A stretch of 64,000 bases of DNA from Phoronis australis (Eukaryota; Animalia; Phoronida): assembly GCA_002633005.1 (NCBI GenBank), contig NMRA01000379.1:248001-312000 (forward strand), written 5' to 3'. Position numbers and translations under genes: made by a program. Under the pieces are notes generated by a model, which did not search any database, had not been told where the DNA came from, and saw only the letters and a list, made by a program, of their open reading frames with translations. Shown here one piece after another: positions 60,001-64,000 of this stretch (positions within the stretch are counted from its first letter, which is position 1; the number at the start of each line of letters is the position of its first letter).

Positions 60001-62658
60001 AGAAGTCACATCTTTAACAAGACAACAAATTTTCTAGTTGAGAATTCTAATTGGCCACACTGTATCTAACAGTTGCTACTGCACTTATTTTATTTTTCAT
60101 TGAATATGCAAACATGTAACATAGAACAAAAAACTAATATGACACGAACAAGCACACAAACTACATAGTACATTACCTATTGTAACGCCAGGGATAACTA
60201 TTAAAAATCTGCCACTCATTTTCCAAATATTTTGCAAACATACACTTAAGCTTTCCAAAGAAGTTAATGCAATTTGAAAAACTGTAATAGATGACAATTG
60301 GTTGTGCATTTTAGCTATAGCAATAAAAATAATAAGTAACTGCACCCAATAAATCCAAATATGACAGTCAAAGTATCCAAACTTTTATTTAGTGTTTACA
60401 AATTTCTCGTCACTTGAGAGAAATTCTGTAATATCAGTGAACACGGAAGCAAATTGTTGGTGAATACTGTTAGTTCAGGGACACCACGCCACCTCTCATC
60501 ACTGAGGTCCAATGAAGTGACTCATACCTCCAGAGATTGTAGCCTGACTGTAACTTGGGTAAAACAGGACAACCTGGGACATCGGAGTGATCTCTAGCTT
60601 TTCTCCACTCCTGATGGAAGGCAACACATTATGAGAAAACATACATGATTTGTGATCCACTCCTGATGGAAGGCAACACATTATGAGAAAACATACACGA
60701 TTTGTGATCAAGTTTGAACATATCTAGCAATTAAATGAAGTTACATGTTATAATTCTCATTTAAGGCCACATTAACACAAAAATAACATACGCTTTAGCG
60801 AACAATGTCCTATTTAAAACACTCCATACTATATACTAGGTCCAGACGTTTCGGTACTTTGTTCGGAAGATTGTCAGAGTGAAACCACATACTTAAAAGG
60901 TGAACAATGCATAACGACCAAACACTAGAATAACAATCACAAAATGAAAGCTGGACAGGAAACTGATAATCGGAGTTGGTCAGAACCAATGTTGTAACTT
61001 GGTGGAAGTACTGCAACTGTTATTGAAAGACAGAAGACTTTAGAATGAGGAACGTTGTGTAGGTTTTCTTGGAGTGTACTGTCGTTACATAATATACTTG
61101 GATTACCAAAATCAATGTGATGATGCATGATAAGTCACCTGTTAGGGAGCTTGGTTTCCTATTGATGATGCACTGAGCAATGAAATAAAACGCCTGGACT
61201 TTACTAAGTGGTGCTTAAGTATGACATCATTCACTAAAGTGCCAGTCATTTGTTTTCTTGTGTTAAATGTTATAATATTAAAAAAAATATTTTTGTGCTG
61301 TCTCTGCATTACGGCATTTCAACAAAATTTGAGGTACACTCAGCAATACAATTTATGCGTTGCTTGCATTAATGAACATTGCACTTGTCACTATTATAAA
61401 TGTCACTGTTATACAAGGTTTATGTTTAGTGAGACCAAGAAGAACATATGAGTGTCAGGCAAGACCTCACTAATCTCACAAGAAACCTTGTGACATTACA
61501 AGCACACACTAGCAAAATGACCGCAAAGAAAGTGATTGAATGTATGCCACAATATTAAGTTATGATGTGTTAACGCAGAAAATATTCAGTAACAATATTA
61601 GGTGTCCTGCAAGTTTGGTGGGACCATGCGAGATCACTCGATTGCAATGAAATATTTTGTTTTATTAGTAAAAAAGTTTTAAAAATGATGAAAATAGAGA
61701 TTATTAACATGTGGTTGTATAAAACCTGGCAGAAAAATGACATAACCTCCTAAATTCCTCAACGGCAACAGCCGTCTGACAGATCTGCAAAGCAAAGGGA
61801 TCATTTCTTACTCAGGAACAAAATGATACCACATCAAAAATAATTTGTTCAATTCAGAAGTCATCCCTTTAAGTTAAAACTTTCAATCGACAAATTCTCA
61901 CTTGGCCCAGTAAGACATCTTGTATGTGAACGGCCCACTAGGTGGAGGTGATGTCGGCTCTCCCTCCTTAGGCACGGGTGCTGGTCCCTTGTCAGACTTG
62001 AGTGGACCAATAATAAGAGGCGAGTTTCCCTCTAAAGACGACCTGACAATACAAGCAAGACAGTCTCATGATACAACCACAAAATCCTGTTCTCTTACCC
62101 ATGCAGCACTGCATACTTTGGTGGCATTGAGATTACAACATATACAACATATATGTTGAGAAATACAACATATGTTATGCGATTTAGTGCACGTATGTTC
62201 AGCAAGTGTCTTCACCAGCAACATCAAAGCAGATACTAAACAAATAGGACCATTCATCTCCATCAGTGTGGAAATAGACAGCAATGTAAGAGGCACTGAT
62301 GTAAGTACTGCAAATGGAAGTCATAAACATACTGCTGCAGTAAAATATCAATTAAATGTGCGCACAGTATAAATTGACATTCAGCAGTACAAAAATGATT
62401 TGAAACAATTGGTTTCCGCTATCCGTGATTCGGGGGTTACGCCTAGTCTAGTGAAACCCAACTGAACCATAATTAATAGAACCCATAAAAGTTGTTTCCT
62501 GAAAGCAACAGAGCAAAAGCCTGGGAAACGTTCTGGAAGGATAACCTAAAGCCCCTCACCTGATCTTTATCATGATGTCGCTGGTCTCTTCCTTTGTTGT
62601 AATAATTCCTTCCATGTTATGTTTGACAGCAGTCAGGGTCAACAGGCTGGGTCGCGAC
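48048..62658 (-). CDS. NOMO1: Nodal modulator (NOMO, BOS complex subunit), 3' eleven exons: 62560-62658, 61902-62042, 60528-60610, 59375-59534, 58526-58652, 56924-57040, 55496-55623, 54730-54958, 52937-53047, 50147-50368, 49312-49404, plus terminal coding exon 48048-48191; 5' exons lie beyond 64000
   Basis: In-phase GT-AG exons: SRPSLLTLTAVKH, GPFTYKMSYWAK|SGEKLEITP..LFYP, CPG..GVFITG, VGPLHGNTDYDVTAEKEGY, QPLGGALLSLTG..YRSN, PGEYFLRPMMKEYNFEPASQMI, SCYGDVTSLNGEPE, TM GSFLALPLALLVIVIVYN and a basic tail KRKLKTRKT*. Confidence 0.95.
50743..52016 (+). mobile_element. HINE/pearl-like element inserted into the LINE relic
   Basis: Start aacaagagcaatgcggagcgtggaaatgcacccac, core monomers, end gggcgcataaaaa. 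Confidence 0.75.
51497..51603 (+). mobile_element. Left end of an hAT-like element nested in the HINE, cut by an N join
   Basis: CAGGGCTCG terminus and repeated aggtcgca subterminal motifs. The HINE monomer resumes after N51604. Confidence 0.55.
52474..52713 (+). mobile_element. HINE 3' fragment (further 3' fragments at ~54425-54486, ~55140-55338 and ~37963-37996)
   Basis: Last monomer, ggacgccggacg and the ccacatataaatatg(c/t)gggcgcataaaa end. Confidence 0.7.
53566..53722. mobile_element. Short MITE
   Basis: TIRs cagtggcagatt / gatctgcccctg, internal G/C tracts, near-duplicated flanks tgaag / tgaat. Confidence 0.6.
53760..53870 (+). mobile_element. tRNA-derived SINE head relic
   Basis: A-box-like tgaccttgtgg, B-box-like gggttccaactcc, followed by a ggacctttgagtaaggtac core-like segment. 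Confidence 0.45.
60604..60709. repeat. 52-bp tandem duplication spanning a NOMO splice acceptor
   Basis: tccactcctgatggaaggcaacacattatgagaaaacataca(t/c)gatttgtga starts at 60604 and 60656, with one mismatch. Confidence 0.92.
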
Positions 62659-64000
62659 CTGTCATAGGTCAACCATAAATTAAAAAGGCAGTCAGGTAGA
62701 CCTTATTTCAAATGGGCTCGGTTTCTATTTTAAAGAACAGGATGAAAGTATCCGAACATTACAATATGACTCAAAGAGATGAAGCACATCTCATTTTGAT
62801 GTGCCATGTTGATGAAATGCATTTAGTTTGCTTTAAAATAAAATTTCTTGTGCAAATCATGTTGAGACATGTAAAAACACTTTAACTGTCTTAGTAAGCC
62901 TGTGTATAAAGGAGATAAAAGAATTACAGCACAAATGACATAGAAAATAAATCTGAAACTAAATAAGGCGATCCAGATCCTCCCAAGGATACTATTGTTT
63001 CATGAAATGAAGAATATAAATCGGTAAATAAAACAAGAATGGATCAACTGAAATTTGAAATTTTCGGATGTAAATGCTTTGTAAAAAGTGCAAGTTAACA
63101 AGTAAAGTTATAAAATTTGGCAACAATACGAATGCTGTGAACAAAGAAAGTAACACGAACGAATTAATCAAACAATCAAAACTGTTCACTCAACAAATAC
63201 CCAAGCTTATGCGTAATATTTCTCAGCCTAAAAGACAAAGTCCAAGGTGTCTAAGCTATAAAAAGATGCCTATGCTATCACGTCATATCCATTGCAAACA
63301 ATCACAAGATAGTCAATCAGTCACATGGTATCGAAATTATCAAAAATTAATAGAAAGCAGCACCCAGTCACTAAAGGCAAAACCAAATGTACTCTCAACA
63401 TTATGTTTGGAAGGATGGAAGGAGACTAATTGTAAAGTAGTGATCTAGTCAGACTATGAAGTAGGATCTGTTCTACCCTGCTAACTGGACTACTCTAGAC
63501 CCAACACCAAGGTCAAACTCTTCTGTGCAGTGGTTAGGTAGCCAGAAAACGAATAAGAGTCTATTACAACAACTGCATTTTGAACGCAAATTTGTGAATG
63601 GAAACTTAGCAGTGAACCTATAAAAAATTACTCCATTGAAGAAATATTAGAACATGAACTATGTGCTCACAACACACTAATTACGAATGTAAACTTGAGC
63701 ACTCCGCTAAATTTCACTTCACTTTAGTCAACAATTGTGAGAGCCAGTCAAAAACTTTGGTTGCCGACAAAATATTTGCTGACCAATTCTCGTTCAATAT
63801 ACATCTGGTTTAGCTTAGTTTCATGACCACACAACCCCATGTGTAATAATACAGTGCCTGTTATCAGAAAGTTCATCATCAGCCAGCACAGCTCTGCAAT
63901 GACATTATGCAAGTGCAGTTTTGTGTAACATCCACTACAGCATTGAACAACATGAACTATCGTGCAGTTTTGTGTAACATCCAGTTCAGCTTTGAACAAC

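Overview
AT-rich, intron-rich eukaryotic DNA from a draft assembly of an invertebrate animal (one 531-nt N gap and several single-N joins). The species cannot be determined from the sequence alone. I reconstructed four conserved protein-coding genes exon by exon from GT/AG sites and translation: the last two exons of TM7SF3 (+), a complete NIT2/omega-amidase (-, 279 aa), a complete CHEK1 (+, 484 aa, 12 coding exons) and the 3' eleven exons of NOMO (-, runs off the right edge). Introns and intergenic DNA hold many mobile-element relics: Academ/XPG-like, Kolobok/THAP, TA-flanked CCGTA elements, a solo LTR, an env-like relic, Penelope, a LINE RT, SINE heads and many Helentron-associated HINE/pearl-like elements. 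Three observations stand out. (1) NIT2 carries two tandem, homologous, intact 121-nt versions of the exon encoding the catalytic Glu and the adjoining active-site loop (ECFNSPYG vs EWFMCPFG), a candidate mutually exclusive exon switch of enzyme specificity. (2) The HINE-like elements are built from ~145-bp monomers that each carry a near-consensus CTCF motif. (3) A solo LTR with heat-shock-like elements and a consensus splice donor lies upstream of the first coding exon of CHEK1. All homology calls come from recalled family motifs, not database searches.
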